64,000 nucleotides of DNA, from the NCBI GenBank assembly GCA_963728595.1, contig CAVSLF010000004.1, forward strand, positions 1 to 64,000. Direction: 5' to 3'. Below the pieces are notes generated by a model, which worked only from the letters and a program-made list of their open reading frames with translations, searched no databases and was not told where the DNA came from. The translations under genes were made by a program, and so were the position numbers. Position 1 is the stretch's first letter. Each line of letters begins with the position of its first letter. Shown here piece after piece: positions 41,057 through 51,568 of the stretch. This stretch comes from an uncultured Nitrososphaeraceae archaeon (lineage in GTDB: Archaea; Thermoproteota; Nitrososphaeria; Nitrososphaerales; Nitrososphaeraceae).

Positions 41057-42400
41057 TCATAAAAGCTTTATCATACATTGAATTGGAAAATGATCACTGT
41101 ATCCCGTATTAGCGTCTCTGCCTTGTGGAATACTTCTATTATCAGCTTTAAAATCAGCTGTTTCCTCATTATAGTAATATTTTAAAAATACAAATTCCAT
41201 AGGCGTACTTTTCAGTGATGGGTGAATCCTTTTTTTGTCCGTATAGTAACTTTTATCTGTGCTATCATCAAACCTATCGGGGGTTAAATTGTCGACTAAC
41301 CTAAGTCCATTGTAGGCAATTCTTACACTATTTAACATTATTTGTAACTTCTGCTTTCCATAATATAATCCACGAGAGATTACAAATTGATCAAATATGC
41401 TCCATCTGTTGTCTCTCCAATAATGAATAGTACCGCCTGGAACGTTTGGGTCCTGTGCCTGTTCCTTTCCGCATGAAATTGGTGCTTGATTCGCAATTAG
41501 ATTTGGCTCAGCAATTAACTTCCACATACAATTGAATAAGGCAGCGCTCTCTTCGAGGTAATATTTTTTGAATGAAATACCTTTGATATTCCTTTCTTCT
41601 CTGACACGAAGCTCAAAAATTTCTTTCCAGCCTCTACAAAATCGTATATCTGGCACTCCTCCAAGATATCGTAGGACGCTTTCATCATATGGATCGTCAT
41701 TAAAATCGCCCATTACTATTACATTTTTGTTCCATTCGTTTTCAAGTTTCTCAAGATAGGCGCTATTTTCATGAACAAGTAATTCCTCTGGCATTTGAAT
41801 TAGTTCTTCTTTTGGTATCTTTAATATTGTATCTACTATTTTACCACAACTTTCGGCAACTGAATTTCTTGCGTGAGCTGTATCATTGGGCTGGCAACTT
41901 TCAAATTTACCTCTCCTGGAAGGCCAGTGATTTACCAGAATATACAAATCGGCGTCATTAGATTTGACTTTGAGATGAGTAAGAAGAATATCTCTGGTGG
42001 GGTACCTGAAATCAATAGAATACCCCTTAGTATCAATAAGCTCAAAAATGTCCCTTGAATAAACCAAGCAAACATCAATTCCTCTCAAATCAGGACTATC
42101 TTTATAGTCGGCTATCAAATATTTATCGCGACCTATTCTATTTATCAATTCTTGAAGAATATATTTATCTTCCACTTCAGATAATCCGAGCAAATCTGGC
42201 TCATTATTTTCTACACCGTCTATTCCAAAGTCCATGGATCGGATTACTTTCGATAGATTGCCCAGTTTTGTATTCTTGACATTATCTGTCCAACCATTTT
42301 CTGGGGTAAATTCAAAGTCTGTTGCGATATAATTTTTGTAGGTTCCAAAGAGATTCTGCAAGTTCCAGAAAGCTGCTTTTATTAACCTGGTTTCGCTCAT
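41057..42400 (-). CDS. Endonuclease/exonuclease/phosphatase (EEP) family protein
   Basis: WNLQNLF, LGLSEVE, RGIDV, VNHWPSR, MGDFND, FDQF, YSDHFP. Confidence 0.92.
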   Translation of the reverse strand: MSETRLIKAAFWNLQNLFGTYKNYIATDFEFTPENGWTDNVKNTKLGNLSKVIRSMDFGIDGVENNEPDLLGLSEVEDKYILQELINRIGRDKYLIADYKDSPDLRGIDVCLVYSRDIFELIDTKGYSIDFRYPTRDILLTHLKVKSNDADLYILVNHWPSRRGKFESCQPNDTAHARNSVAESCGKIVDTILKIPKEELIQMPEELLVHENSAYLEKLENEWNKNVIVMGDFNDDPYDESVLRYLGGVPDIRFCRGWKEIFELRVREERNIKGISFKKYYLEESAALFNCMWKLIAEPNLIANQAPISCGKEQAQDPNVPGGTIHYWRDNRWSIFDQFVISRGLYYGKQKLQIMLNSVRIAYNGLRLVDNLTPDRFDDSTDKSYYTDKKRIHPSLKSTPMEFVFLKYYYNEETADFKADNRSIPQGRDANTGYSDHFPIQCMIKLL

Positions 42401-42476
42401 TAGTACTTGGTCTTCATTGCAATATTAAATTCTTTTTTGACTTACCATAATCTTAGGGCCATGTCTATTTGTTTCA

Positions 42477-42974
42477 TTAGCTTTTATTTAGAATCTTTGC
42501 CGCTATTGATCTAATACCTGTTTTTGAATGCTTACTGGTGTCAATAGTAATGTGTTCTTCTTTTACAGGTTCATAAATTCTCCTCATCTTTTTATAAACT
42601 GAAAAATTAGCATCCGAATAATCATGTTTCCTTTGTCGCAGCCGTAAGATGACTATATCCTCAGGACAGATACATTCTATTATATGAAAGTCTTTACCAG
42701 CAAGACCTAACTTCTCTTTTATTTCCCGTCTTGAGACTTGTCTTGTAAATGTAGCGTCCAGAATACAATTTATGCCTACCTTATCAAGATATCTGGCCAT
42801 CAGTACCATAACATCATAAATCAATCTTCTTTCCCTCCATCCGTACATCGGTCTGGAGAATAGCTCTTTCCTTATTTTATCAGTGGATAGGATAACAGCG
42901 TTTACCAATGGAGCAAGCTCTTTTGCTACAGTTGTTTTACCAACTCCCGGTAATCTACATATAATTATTATCAT
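42477..42974 (-). CDS. AAA_33/kinase-like P-loop protein
   Basis: RLPGVGKTT, LSTDKIRKEL, ILDATF, SDA motifs; start refined to MIIIIC. Confidence 0.85.
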   Translation of the reverse strand: MIIIICRLPGVGKTTVAKELAPLVNAVILSTDKIRKELFSRPMYGWRERRLIYDVMVLMARYLDKVGINCILDATFTRQVSRREIKEKLGLAGKDFHIIECICPEDIVILRLRQRKHDYSDANFSVYKKMRRIYEPVKEEHITIDTSKHSKTGIRSIAAKILNKS

Positions 42975-43446
42975 TACAGATATTAGTATCTCTATCAATA
43001 AAAGGAATATCATTTTATAATATGGTGTATAATTACTTCCAATTATTAATTGCGAATATTTCATTATGAGTCTGTCTACACTCATAACTATTGATATCCA
43101 CGCATGGGTCTTAACCAGCCATTATATTTGATTGTAAAATTGAAGCGAAAAAGAATGTTCTTTCTTATTGCATATTAATAAAAAGGCCCAGATAAACTCT
43201 GGTAAAGATAGCATCACAGTAATGAGTAATACTATCAAGGAATTTTTTCTCTTGCTTGTATTTGTTTTAATGGGGGATTAGAGATTCTATTCGAATATAC
43301 TAACGTTGCTATCCGGAATAGTTCTAAAAAATAGAGATAGAAGAACACACCATTGTTTATACTGTTTTAATTAGTTCAATAAGGCCAAATTTTCTTACCC
43401 TCATTTTTTTCAAAGCCCGTTTATACTATAATGTCAATGCCAAATT

Positions 43447-43764
43447 ATGAATAAAACAAAAACAGCAATGTTGGCGATTTTGTGCATCGGAATGCTGACT
43501 GCCCTAACTTTATCGACCCTAACCTTTGCGGTGAATCCTGCATTTGCCAAGAAGAAGCATTGTGACAAGACTGACAACGGCTGCGATGCGATAAAAGCAG
43601 AGAAAAAACAAGATGACTCGAAAAAAACAAATGAGGACGAGACACAACAAAGTATAAATAGATCTCAGGCAGAGATGGATAATTCCACCCTGCCAATTGA
43701 TTCACAGTCCGAGGATCCGTTCTCACTGGTAGGAATAACAGGGAGTAACTCGACTACTGAATAA
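43447..43764 (+). CDS. Small secreted low-complexity protein
   Basis: Signal peptide ending PAFA, charged tail. Confidence 0.7.
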   Translation: MNKTKTAMLAILCIGMLTALTLSTLTFAVNPAFAKKKHCDKTDNGCDAIKAEKKQDDSKKTNEDETQQSINRSQAEMDNSTLPIDSQSEDPFSLVGITGSNSTTE

Positions 43765-44141
43765 CGAAGACCGTTCAATATAAAAAATAGTCTGGGCAGT
43801 ACGATTTGTATCTGTCCTCCCCAGTTCTTTTTACTGAACATCTTCAGAGTTATTCTAATACTAATTTCAGGCCGTCATCTTTAAAACCAAATTTATAGAT
43901 CGATAAAAAATCTCCTTGCCATGGTCAATCATTTACACGTCGTATTATATAGTTTGAAGAAGCGAACTTTTTCGTCAAAAATCTTTCTATCTTTCTTATG
44001 CAAAAACGATCTGAAATGTTCCCACTTTGTTAGTTCGAATTCTGCTGCAGTTCTAAAAAAAGAGATTACTTTATCTCTATGAAAGCATCATTTATTGTTT
44101 AAAATTGAAAATGATGTTACTATAAGGAGAGAGTTGGTATG

Positions 44142-44333
44142 TCATGCGGGATTTATAGATTTAGCCGACATATATCCTGCATAACAGACTCCTGCCCCAA
44201 TGATTATCAGTACAGTACCTATAGCCGGATAATAATAAATCAGGATGGCCGTAAGTGTTCCTGAGTAAGATTCGTAAATGACAGCAAGCCCGAACACAAT
44301 TAGGATTGCACCGAATACGTAACGTACAGCCAT
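44142..44333 (-). CDS. Small two-TM membrane protein
   Basis: Two hydrophobic helices in 63 aa. Confidence 0.65.
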   Translation of the reverse strand: MAVRYVFGAILIVFGLAVIYESYSGTLTAILIYYYPAIGTVLIIIGAGVCYAGYMSAKSINPA

Positions 44334-44629
44334 GTTAATTGCAAGATATTAACCGGACTATAAGATTCATTACGGTTTTGTATTCCAACCAACCATTTCC
44401 CAGTATTACAATTGGTGTAAAAGACATTGGTATTGTTATATCTCAAACGTAGCCATACAGAATTTTTCACATTTTTTCTTTCATTTTTGCTGGCCAGTTT
44501 ATCATATTCATATTATATTTTTTGAATAGAGAAAAAAAACGAGATGTAGCGACAATAAAAATCAAAGTTAAGGAGATCTAAGCTGGCCATTGAGATGATT
44601 TCCTCTACAACTACTTGTAGATTCTGTTA

Positions 44630-45259
44630 TCAATTCACTATGCAAAGTTGGTCCCTGTGTAGATCATAGTCTTTAAGAAATGAACCAAGTCTACCGATAG
44701 GTACAAACGGTATTTTATTTACAAATGGTTGGGAAACTTCGTTTAGTGTTACTATTATAGGCAAGCCACAATCAATATTCCTATTTTTCTCTACATATAT
44801 TTTAGTTCTGACATATTGTTGATTTGCACATTCCACCATTTTAGAAGCTGCCATATTCCTCCAATGTTTGCAATCGATTATCAAAGCCATACCTTTCAAA
44901 GTTGCTACAACATCAATCTGAATTCGTGGCATTGTCAAATGAATATTATTCTTACAGACATAATGCTTCGCTTGGAGAATTATCGTTACAAAGTTCTCAA
45001 AATCTTTCCAATTTAGATTTAAAGATAAGAGGGTGGCATCACATTCATGATGTAAAGCTAGCAAAAGCAACTTCATTTTATCGGTTGTTGAGAAGCTAAT
45101 TTTCGTATCTGACAAATTTCCTATTCCTTGACTGCTCAAAAATCGGAGCAATTCCAGACTTGTAGTATAACTATGGATGTTACACAGAGACTGAAATTCT
45201 GAAATGCTACTGCTATAAGGAATACCCCGAATTGCTTGTGCTAACAATGAGCAGTTCAA
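44630..45259 (-). CDS. PD-(D/E)xK restriction-endonuclease-like protein (Mrr/NERD-like)
   Basis: WKDFENFV..QIDVVA..IIDCKHW..Q. Confidence 0.8.
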   Translation of the reverse strand: MNCSLLAQAIRGIPYSSSISEFQSLCNIHSYTTSLELLRFLSSQGIGNLSDTKISFSTTDKMKLLLLALHHECDATLLSLNLNWKDFENFVTIILQAKHYVCKNNIHLTMPRIQIDVVATLKGMALIIDCKHWRNMAASKMVECANQQYVRTKIYVEKNRNIDCGLPIIVTLNEVSQPFVNKIPFVPIGRLGSFLKDYDLHRDQLCIVN

Positions 45260-45619
45260 ACTTCAAGAATGAGTTTGCTCAGATCCTAATATTATTTTTG
45301 GTTTCCAGCTCACGTGTGCATATGTGACAATAACATTATAGCGGGAAGAGACGGGGAAGACAAAATGGCAAATGGGTTGGCATTGATCTGATTTTACACG
45401 ATACTATTCTCATTGCTTTACTTGCTGACGGAAGCAAAGATGGGATCAATTGTCGGCTGGGGAGTGATACGAGGAAATCTGGGGAGTCAAACTTAGCCCA
45501 CTATTCTAAAGTTAAAAACTAGACGGACGAACTTTAATTTGTAACTATATTTTCCTAAAAAGGATATATTATCAAAATCTGACTTAAAATTTATTAATAT
45601 CTTTGATATTTTCTGATTA

Positions 45620-46843
45620 ATGTCAACAAATTCATCTGAAGACAAGTCTCACGATAAGAAGATTACACGTCGTGATTTTCTGAAATTAGCCGGCGCAGCA
45701 GGAGTGGTGGCCACTTTACCATCTCTTATGCCATTTGGCAAGGTCTTTGGTGGTACCAAGAATGATACCACCATTAATCAGACAAGCAATCTGAATCCAC
45801 TAACAAATAAACAGACACCTTCAATTCATATTTTCGATTTAGACGGAACCAAACCACAATTCTCCAATCCGAACGGAAGCAGGACCCTCATGAACGCTGA
45901 TAACTTTCCAATATTGGAAGGGATGGGGGCTGTTTTGCTTCATTTAGAAAAAGGTGGAATACTTGAGCCCCACTGGCACCCAAATGCGGCTGAATTAAGT
46001 CTTTGCTTAAGCGGAACAGCTAGAATGACTGTTTATAGCACCAATGCCCGAGTCGACACATTTACAATAAGTCCTGGACAGATTACTTTTGTCCCCCGGG
46101 CCTACTGGCACGACTTGGAAAATATCGGAGAAGGAGAGGTGAAATTTGTAATTGTATATGATAATGAACGCCCTGGAGACTTGGGTGTATCGGGGTCTGT
46201 TGGGTCTTTGTCTGCGAGAGTTCTGGATAGAATGTTTGGAATAAGCCCACCTGGATTCTTTGATCAATTGAATTATACATCAATTCAGGATGTGACGATG
46301 GGAGCAAGACCAGTTGATTTTTCAAGTACCAGCAAAGTCGACGTTCCAAATGCCCATAAATTTAATCTGGGTGGTATAACTCCGCAAATACAGACTCCGG
46401 GAGGAACTGCTGCGTTGGGAATGGCCAACGATTTTCCAATACTTATGGGATTGTCGTGTTTTCTTTTAGTCTTAAAACCGAGCGGAATAGTAGAGCCTCA
46501 CACTCATCCAAATGCGGCTGAATTGAATTATGTTATCAATGGAAAGGTACGTTTCACCGTGTTTGGTCCTAATGGGGAGGCTGAGACATCTGAAATTAGT
46601 CAAGGTCAAGTATTTTTTGTACCCCCTGGGTATTTTCACTATCTGGAGAATCCTGATAACATAAATGGCAACAATGTCGTTTCGTTTTTTGGGAACGAGA
46701 GTCCAGAATTTATGGGAATTGTGGGAGGTCTTAGTGCATATTCTAACGAGGTACTAGGTTCTACATTCAATAAAGATCCCAAATTCTTCAGCAACCTACC
46801 AAGACTAGACAAAAATGTGTTTATTGCATCAGGAACGGGATAG
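45620..46843 (+). CDS. Tat-exported bicupin, oxalate decarboxylase/oxidase family
   Basis: TRRDFLK Tat motif; two cupin metal sites EPHWHPNAAEL..WHDLEN and EPHTHPNAAEL..FHYLEN. Confidence 0.88.
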   Translation: MSTNSSEDKSHDKKITRRDFLKLAGAAGVVATLPSLMPFGKVFGGTKNDTTINQTSNLNPLTNKQTPSIHIFDLDGTKPQFSNPNGSRTLMNADNFPILEGMGAVLLHLEKGGILEPHWHPNAAELSLCLSGTARMTVYSTNARVDTFTISPGQITFVPRAYWHDLENIGEGEVKFVIVYDNERPGDLGVSGSVGSLSARVLDRMFGISPPGFFDQLNYTSIQDVTMGARPVDFSSTSKVDVPNAHKFNLGGITPQIQTPGGTAALGMANDFPILMGLSCFLLVLKPSGIVEPHTHPNAAELNYVINGKVRFTVFGPNGEAETSEISQGQVFFVPPGYFHYLENPDNINGNNVVSFFGNESPEFMGIVGGLSAYSNEVLGSTFNKDPKFFSNLPRLDKNVFIASGTG

Positions 46844-47124
46844 GTAAGAAATATAGTGAAAAGATGATAGTAAATAATCCTTATTTTAGGTTACATTCTA
46901 AGAAATGTTTATTTTTTAGTTGAGCCTAGCATAAATCACTCTATCTTCTGCTTCTCATCTATTCTTCATTCAGTTATTTATAAAGAAAAGGATATTCTTA
47001 TCACCGTTTTTTGCATGATTCTACTTCATTTGTTATAGTCGCTATTAATCTCACCCGTTCACCAAACGAGAAATAATGAAACTTGCTAGGGCACTTCCTC
47101 ACCTCGTATTTTATTGCGTTTCCT

Positions 47125-47898
47125 CTATTTTTTCATGGCAAAGAAAATGAAGGTGTAATCAAGGCCAGTTCTACTCCAGTGCACAACCTTGTCCTTGAAG
47201 CTATAATCAATAGGCTCGATCAGCTTGAGACCATATTTTTCAGCAATTACTACCGCAGCCTCTATTTCACATCTGTCAAAGATTTTGTCGGGAGTTCCTT
47301 TTGAGAGAACGCATTTTGTGTTGATAGTTTTTTCCGGCCAGTAGTCGGTAGATGTTAGCAGTAAACCATCTTTTTTGAGAATCCTGCTCATTTCCTCGAA
47401 GTACTTTTGGATATCAACACCATGTTCAATTACAGACAAAGAGGTTACAAAATCAAACGTATTCTCTTTGTAGTGCGTTGCCTCTAAATTCTGGATTGAT
47501 AACTTCAAAGACTTATCATCAAGCATATCAACTATTGGTTTGTAATCTCTTTTATAGAACGAATATGCGGTATTCATAAAGTTGTACTTGTACTTTGGCC
47601 TCAGGACCAAATCACACCCATAAAGATTCCTGAATCCTAATCTCTTGAGCATGGGCAATACGGGAGAGTCATTGCAGCCAACATCGAGTATGAACGACTC
47701 TCTATCGGCATTGTTTATGATCTCGATAATCTTGTAGGTGTCCCAGGCCTTGATCGTGTCATGAGGAAGGAAAAGTTTAAGCCCTTTTAGACGTATCTTC
47801 GCCTCCGTCACCTGAGAAGTTGTCTTCAAGACCGAATTGCAAAGCTTATTTCCTAGAGGGGTAAGATGATTTTCGTCAGATATTGTCATGTTATACAC
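47125..47898 (-). CDS. Class I SAM-dependent methyltransferase
   Basis: ILDVGC, YGCDL, FDFVTSLSVIEH, RILKKDG. Confidence 0.9.
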   Translation of the reverse strand: MYNMTISDENHLTPLGNKLCNSVLKTTSQVTEAKIRLKGLKLFLPHDTIKAWDTYKIIEIINNADRESFILDVGCNDSPVLPMLKRLGFRNLYGCDLVLRPKYKYNFMNTAYSFYKRDYKPIVDMLDDKSLKLSIQNLEATHYKENTFDFVTSLSVIEHGVDIQKYFEEMSRILKKDGLLLTSTDYWPEKTINTKCVLSKGTPDKIFDRCEIEAAVVIAEKYGLKLIEPIDYSFKDKVVHWSRTGLDYTFIFFAMKK

Positions 47899-47926
47899 TT
47901 TGTACTATGGGTGAAATGAATGTATT

Positions 47927-48151
47927 TCACTGAAATATGATCTTACCGTCGTGCACTTTGTCTTCACAAGCACTGATTTCTTCTTCATGGGAGTTTATCT
48001 TTATTGGCTTTCCAAAGTCAAAATTGTGTCTTCCGTCCTGAAGAAAGGAGCTCCCACATGCACGTGTATTTTCAATGTACTCTAACCACATTGCTCCACA
48101 CAAACGACATCTGAAATCGCGAATCTCTGATTTGATATTATTATACCTCAA
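47927..48151 (-). CDS. Small Cys/His hypothetical protein
   Basis: FRCRLCG..C..HNF. Confidence 0.5.
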   Translation of the reverse strand: MRYNNIKSEIRDFRCRLCGAMWLEYIENTRACGSSFLQDGRHNFDFGKPIKINSHEEEISACEDKVHDGKIIFQ

Positions 48152-48275
48152 TTTTTCTCAACTTAGTGATGAATTAGCCTCGCTTTAATGATTCAACCAC
48201 AATCGTCGCGAAAAAAATTAGGATCATTGTTAGATAGCAACAAAACTCAAATTCTCCCTTGATCATATATTAGAT

Positions 48276-48647
48276 ATGTCTGAATTACAAGAGCCGAGAG
48301 AGAATTTCAAGAGGACGCAGGAATCTCTTTTGAAGGTATTCCCAAAAGTTGACCCACAATTGCTGGTTGACCTACTCTTGAGAGAACAGCAAGATCCGTT
48401 GAATGCTCCTATCTATACTCTGGAAGTTTTCATGAAGAAAGGTACAAATATCGAAAAGGTGAGAGACACAATTCTGCAGGGTACTGGTACAATACCTAGC
48501 ATCCACGATGGGGGAACTCACGTTGTATCCAATCATAAAGTCACTTTGGATCTTCTGAAATTTATATCTGCAAATGAAGACGTGCTAGAAATCACCGGTG
48601 ATTATTCAGGCGGTGCTGCTTCCATAGGCGCCAGACATGAACATTGA
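48276..48647 (+). CDS. Hypothetical protein
   Basis: PKVDP.L..YTLEVF.K..G..P..D.GTH..V.EITGDY. Confidence 0.8.
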   Translation: MSELQEPRENFKRTQESLLKVFPKVDPQLLVDLLLREQQDPLNAPIYTLEVFMKKGTNIEKVRDTILQGTGTIPSIHDGGTHVVSNHKVTLDLLKFISANEDVLEITGDYSGGAASIGARHEH

Positions 48648-49364
48648 CATTAAAAACTTTGGGTTTTTAAGGTAGCCCTAAGCCCATAATCAAAGGATTA
48701 CACTTATCTATATAGGGCATTATTATCGATATTTGTAAGGTCAATGTTTATTTGGTATTTGTAACGCTCTGCATAAAAGCAAAAGCTGCCGGTCACATGG
48801 TAGCGTCTCATTTCTGCCGAGGTTAAAAATCTGAAAGAAGCTGCTCCGATTGAGAATTATCATTTTCCGTATCTAAATTATTAACGGTAACATGATTATT
48901 TTTGATTGATTTATGCTATCTGTAGCATTAATGTTCTCAAATATTTTTCATGGATAGATGATATTGTATTAAATTCAATCATAGGCGCTACTCAATTAGT
49001 TTTTTTCGCGGCGCAACTACCTTACTCCCCTTCAATCTATTCTTTGTGTAAAACCCAGCTTTAATAAAATGGTACACGTTTGATGTCAACAATCTAAATG
49101 TTTTCCAGATGCTGCCTAGATAACTATCTTACATATCAACCGTAGACAAAGATTATCAACTGTAAAGAAGTAATATGAAAGTACTAGTGCAAACCCACAA
49201 CAAAAATAATGCTAGAATAATTAGAAAAGAAAGTTTCGTGATTAATGATGGGTCTGCTCAAAGTCAATACATGACGTTTATTGTTCATACGTGTCAATAC
49301 CTCAACCGTGACTTGCTAGCTCAGCCTGAATCTTTGGATTCTATAATGAAAAGCATGTAAAAAA

Positions 49365-51164
49365 ATGACAGATAAATCAAAATTTAATTCAATATCGAGA
49401 ATTTCTCGTATCTACTCATTATCTTTCCCATTCTGGACTGGACGGTCGTCGAAGATGCTGTCATACGCCACGCCTCTCCACAATAACAAGCACTTACGTA
49501 ATTTGCATTGTGTAATTATCGGAGCAGCCTTAATAACTGGTGCTATTGCATGCAGTAGCACTCCATCTGTTTTTGGAGAATCTTATGTTAATATCGCCGC
49601 GGCAGGAGATTGGGGGTGTACTGGAAATACACGAGATACTGTAAAAAATGTACAAAAGCAGAACCCTGATCTGTTACTAGCATTAGGGGATTACTCGTAC
49701 GCAAATACTCCTGGATGCTGGTTCGACACTATAAGGCCGGTGGGCTCTATTACCAAAGTGGGTATTGGTAATCACGAAGTCGAAAACGCTGCACTCTTGA
49801 GCTCTTATTTAAATAATTTTGGACTTACAAGACAATATTATTCGTATAACGTTGGAAACGTTCATGTTTTAACCATGGCCACCGAAGAGACATTTACCAA
49901 AGGTTCGCAGCAGTATAACTTTGTGCTGGGAGACCTACAAGCAGCAAGTTCAGATCCTAACATCAAATGGACGATCGTGAACTTGCATGTGCCACTTTAT
50001 GCATCACCTAACACATGCGGAGACTCGGGGTGTGCTGGTGACAAGGACTTGAGAGAAACTTATCATCCGTTATTTGACAAGTACGGTGTAGATCTGGTCT
50101 TAGCAGGACATGTCCATAACTATCAAAGGAGTTACCCTATGACGTATAATTCGCAAAATCCTTCCGACCCGAAAGTAACAAGCTGCAGCAAGAGCACATA
50201 TAGCAATCCTGAAGGAGAGATCTACGCCATAGTAGGAACTGGCGGGGTTAACTTGCACGGTTTATCGGGAAAGTCTTATTTTATTGCGAGTCAACAAGAT
50301 TCAAAGTTTGGGATATTTGACATGCATATTTCTGCTAATACATTAGAAGCCAAATTTATTGACAACGCAGGTACTATTCTGGATGAGTTTAGTATTAACA
50401 AAAATGTAAACATAAAGAAGATTGTATCAACAGAATGTAGCCCAGACCGTATGTCCACCTTCAAATCGGTAAACATACTGGGAAGCGATTCGCAGAATGA
50501 GTACTATCCAGTGGTAATGTCTTTTAAAGTAAATCATGTCATCCCCGTTTTGCCAAAGGGTAAAACATTTGAGACTCTGTTTAAATCTTATCACGATAAA
50601 ATGCAGGAAGAAAATACCCCCAAACTCAAAATAGAAAAAATGAGGCAAAATATACACGAACAGATCAGTCAAAAAATAGAGAAGAAATTGGACGGTGTCA
50701 AGCTCAAGGACAAGGCAGACAATAAGGATGTAGGGGATGAGAAGACGACAACGACCTCAGACAGCTCATGGCCCTTAGAGGATGTCAAGCTCAAGGACAA
50801 GGCAGACAATAAGGATGTAGAGGATGAGAAGACGACAACGACCTCAGACAGCTCATGGCCCTTAGAGGATGTCAAGCTCAAGGACAAGGCAGACAATAAG
50901 GATGTAGAGGATGAGAAGACGACAACGACCTCAGACAGCTCATGGCCCTTAGAGGATGTCAAGCTCAAGGACAAGGCAGACAATAAGGATGTAGGGGATG
51001 AGAAGACGACAACGACCTCAGACAGCTCATGGCCCTTAGAGGATGTCAAGCTCAAGGACAAGGCAGACGAGAGTCTTAAATCGGCAATATCAGAAAATAT
51101 CAAACAGAAGTTAAAAAAGAAATTGACATCGAAGATTTTCGGTTCAGGATTTCCTTTCCGTTAG
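49365..51164 (+). CDS. Secreted purple-acid-phosphatase-like metallophosphoesterase with C-terminal repeat tail
   Basis: AGDWG, LGDYSY, GNHE, HVPLY, GHVHNYQR motifs; true start may be downstream. Confidence 0.9.
   Translation: MTDKSKFNSISRISRIYSLSFPFWTGRSSKMLSYATPLHNNKHLRNLHCVIIGAALITGAIACSSTPSVFGESYVNIAAAGDWGCTGNTRDTVKNVQKQNPDLLLALGDYSYANTPGCWFDTIRPVGSITKVGIGNHEVENAALLSSYLNNFGLTRQYYSYNVGNVHVLTMATEETFTKGSQQYNFVLGDLQAASSDPNIKWTIVNLHVPLYASPNTCGDSGCAGDKDLRETYHPLFDKYGVDLVLAGHVHNYQRSYPMTYNSQNPSDPKVTSCSKSTYSNPEGEIYAIVGTGGVNLHGLSGKSYFIASQQDSKFGIFDMHISANTLEAKFIDNAGTILDEFSINKNVNIKKIVSTECSPDRMSTFKSVNILGSDSQNEYYPVVMSFKVNHVIPVLPKGKTFETLFKSYHDKMQEENTPKLKIEKMRQNIHEQISQKIEKKLDGVKLKDKADNKDVGDEKTTTTSDSSWPLEDVKLKDKADNKDVEDEKTTTTSDSSWPLEDVKLKDKADNKDVEDEKTTTTSDSSWPLEDVKLKDKADNKDVGDEKTTTTSDSSWPLEDVKLKDKADESLKSAISENIKQKLKKKLTSKIFGSGFPFR
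50697..51068 (+). repeat. Intragenic tandem repeat, 87 bp x4.3 (VKLKDKADNKDV[G/E]DEKTTTTSDSSWPLED)
   Basis: Four units differing at one G/A position (G,A,A,G) plus a 24-nt partial unit. Confidence 0.97.
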
Positions 51165-51361
51165 GTTAGATCATACTGGCCATATCACATGATATAACAC
51201 TTGACTCGTTTAGATTAAAATTAGATTTACTTCCAGAATTTTTCTTTTCATTCAGTCTTGGCATCTGCCTAGAAACATAATCCTCACCTATGACAATATT
51301 CTTCGCGCTCAACACACATGTAATCAATAGAATACGAGTTCGCTTCTCGCTTCGTGCGATA

Positions 51362-51568
51362 TCATAATCCTATCCTTTTCTCCCTCAGCTTCGTAATATA
51401 CACCCAATTTTTCACAATTGCTCTAAGCATATGGGACACAGTTGGTAGTGTTAACACGTTTATTTCATAATTTATTCTAGCGTATTTTTTAAGAAGATCG
51501 AAATCAGCGAGAGATAGATTAGTCAATACTACTTTCTCTAGTTTCTCACCCTGTGTTTTTCTGGGCAA
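51362..51568 (-). CDS. Small basic protein, possible ribbon-helix-helix DNA binder
   Basis: KVVLTNLSLADFDLLKKYAR..PTVSHMLRAIV. Confidence 0.5.
   Translation of the reverse strand: MPRKTQGEKLEKVVLTNLSLADFDLLKKYARINYEINVLTLPTVSHMLRAIVKNWVYITKLREKRIGL

Noticed and set aside
45455..45500. G-rich stretch with gaggaaa, reminiscent of RNase P RNA
   Set aside because: Lacks the rest of the conserved core, and the GC-rich segment is too short
44630..47898. Restriction-modification system from REase-like gene plus methyltransferase
   Set aside because: The methyltransferase lacks DNA-MTase catalytic motifs (DPPY/NPPY/PC) and the genes are separated by an unrelated bicupin
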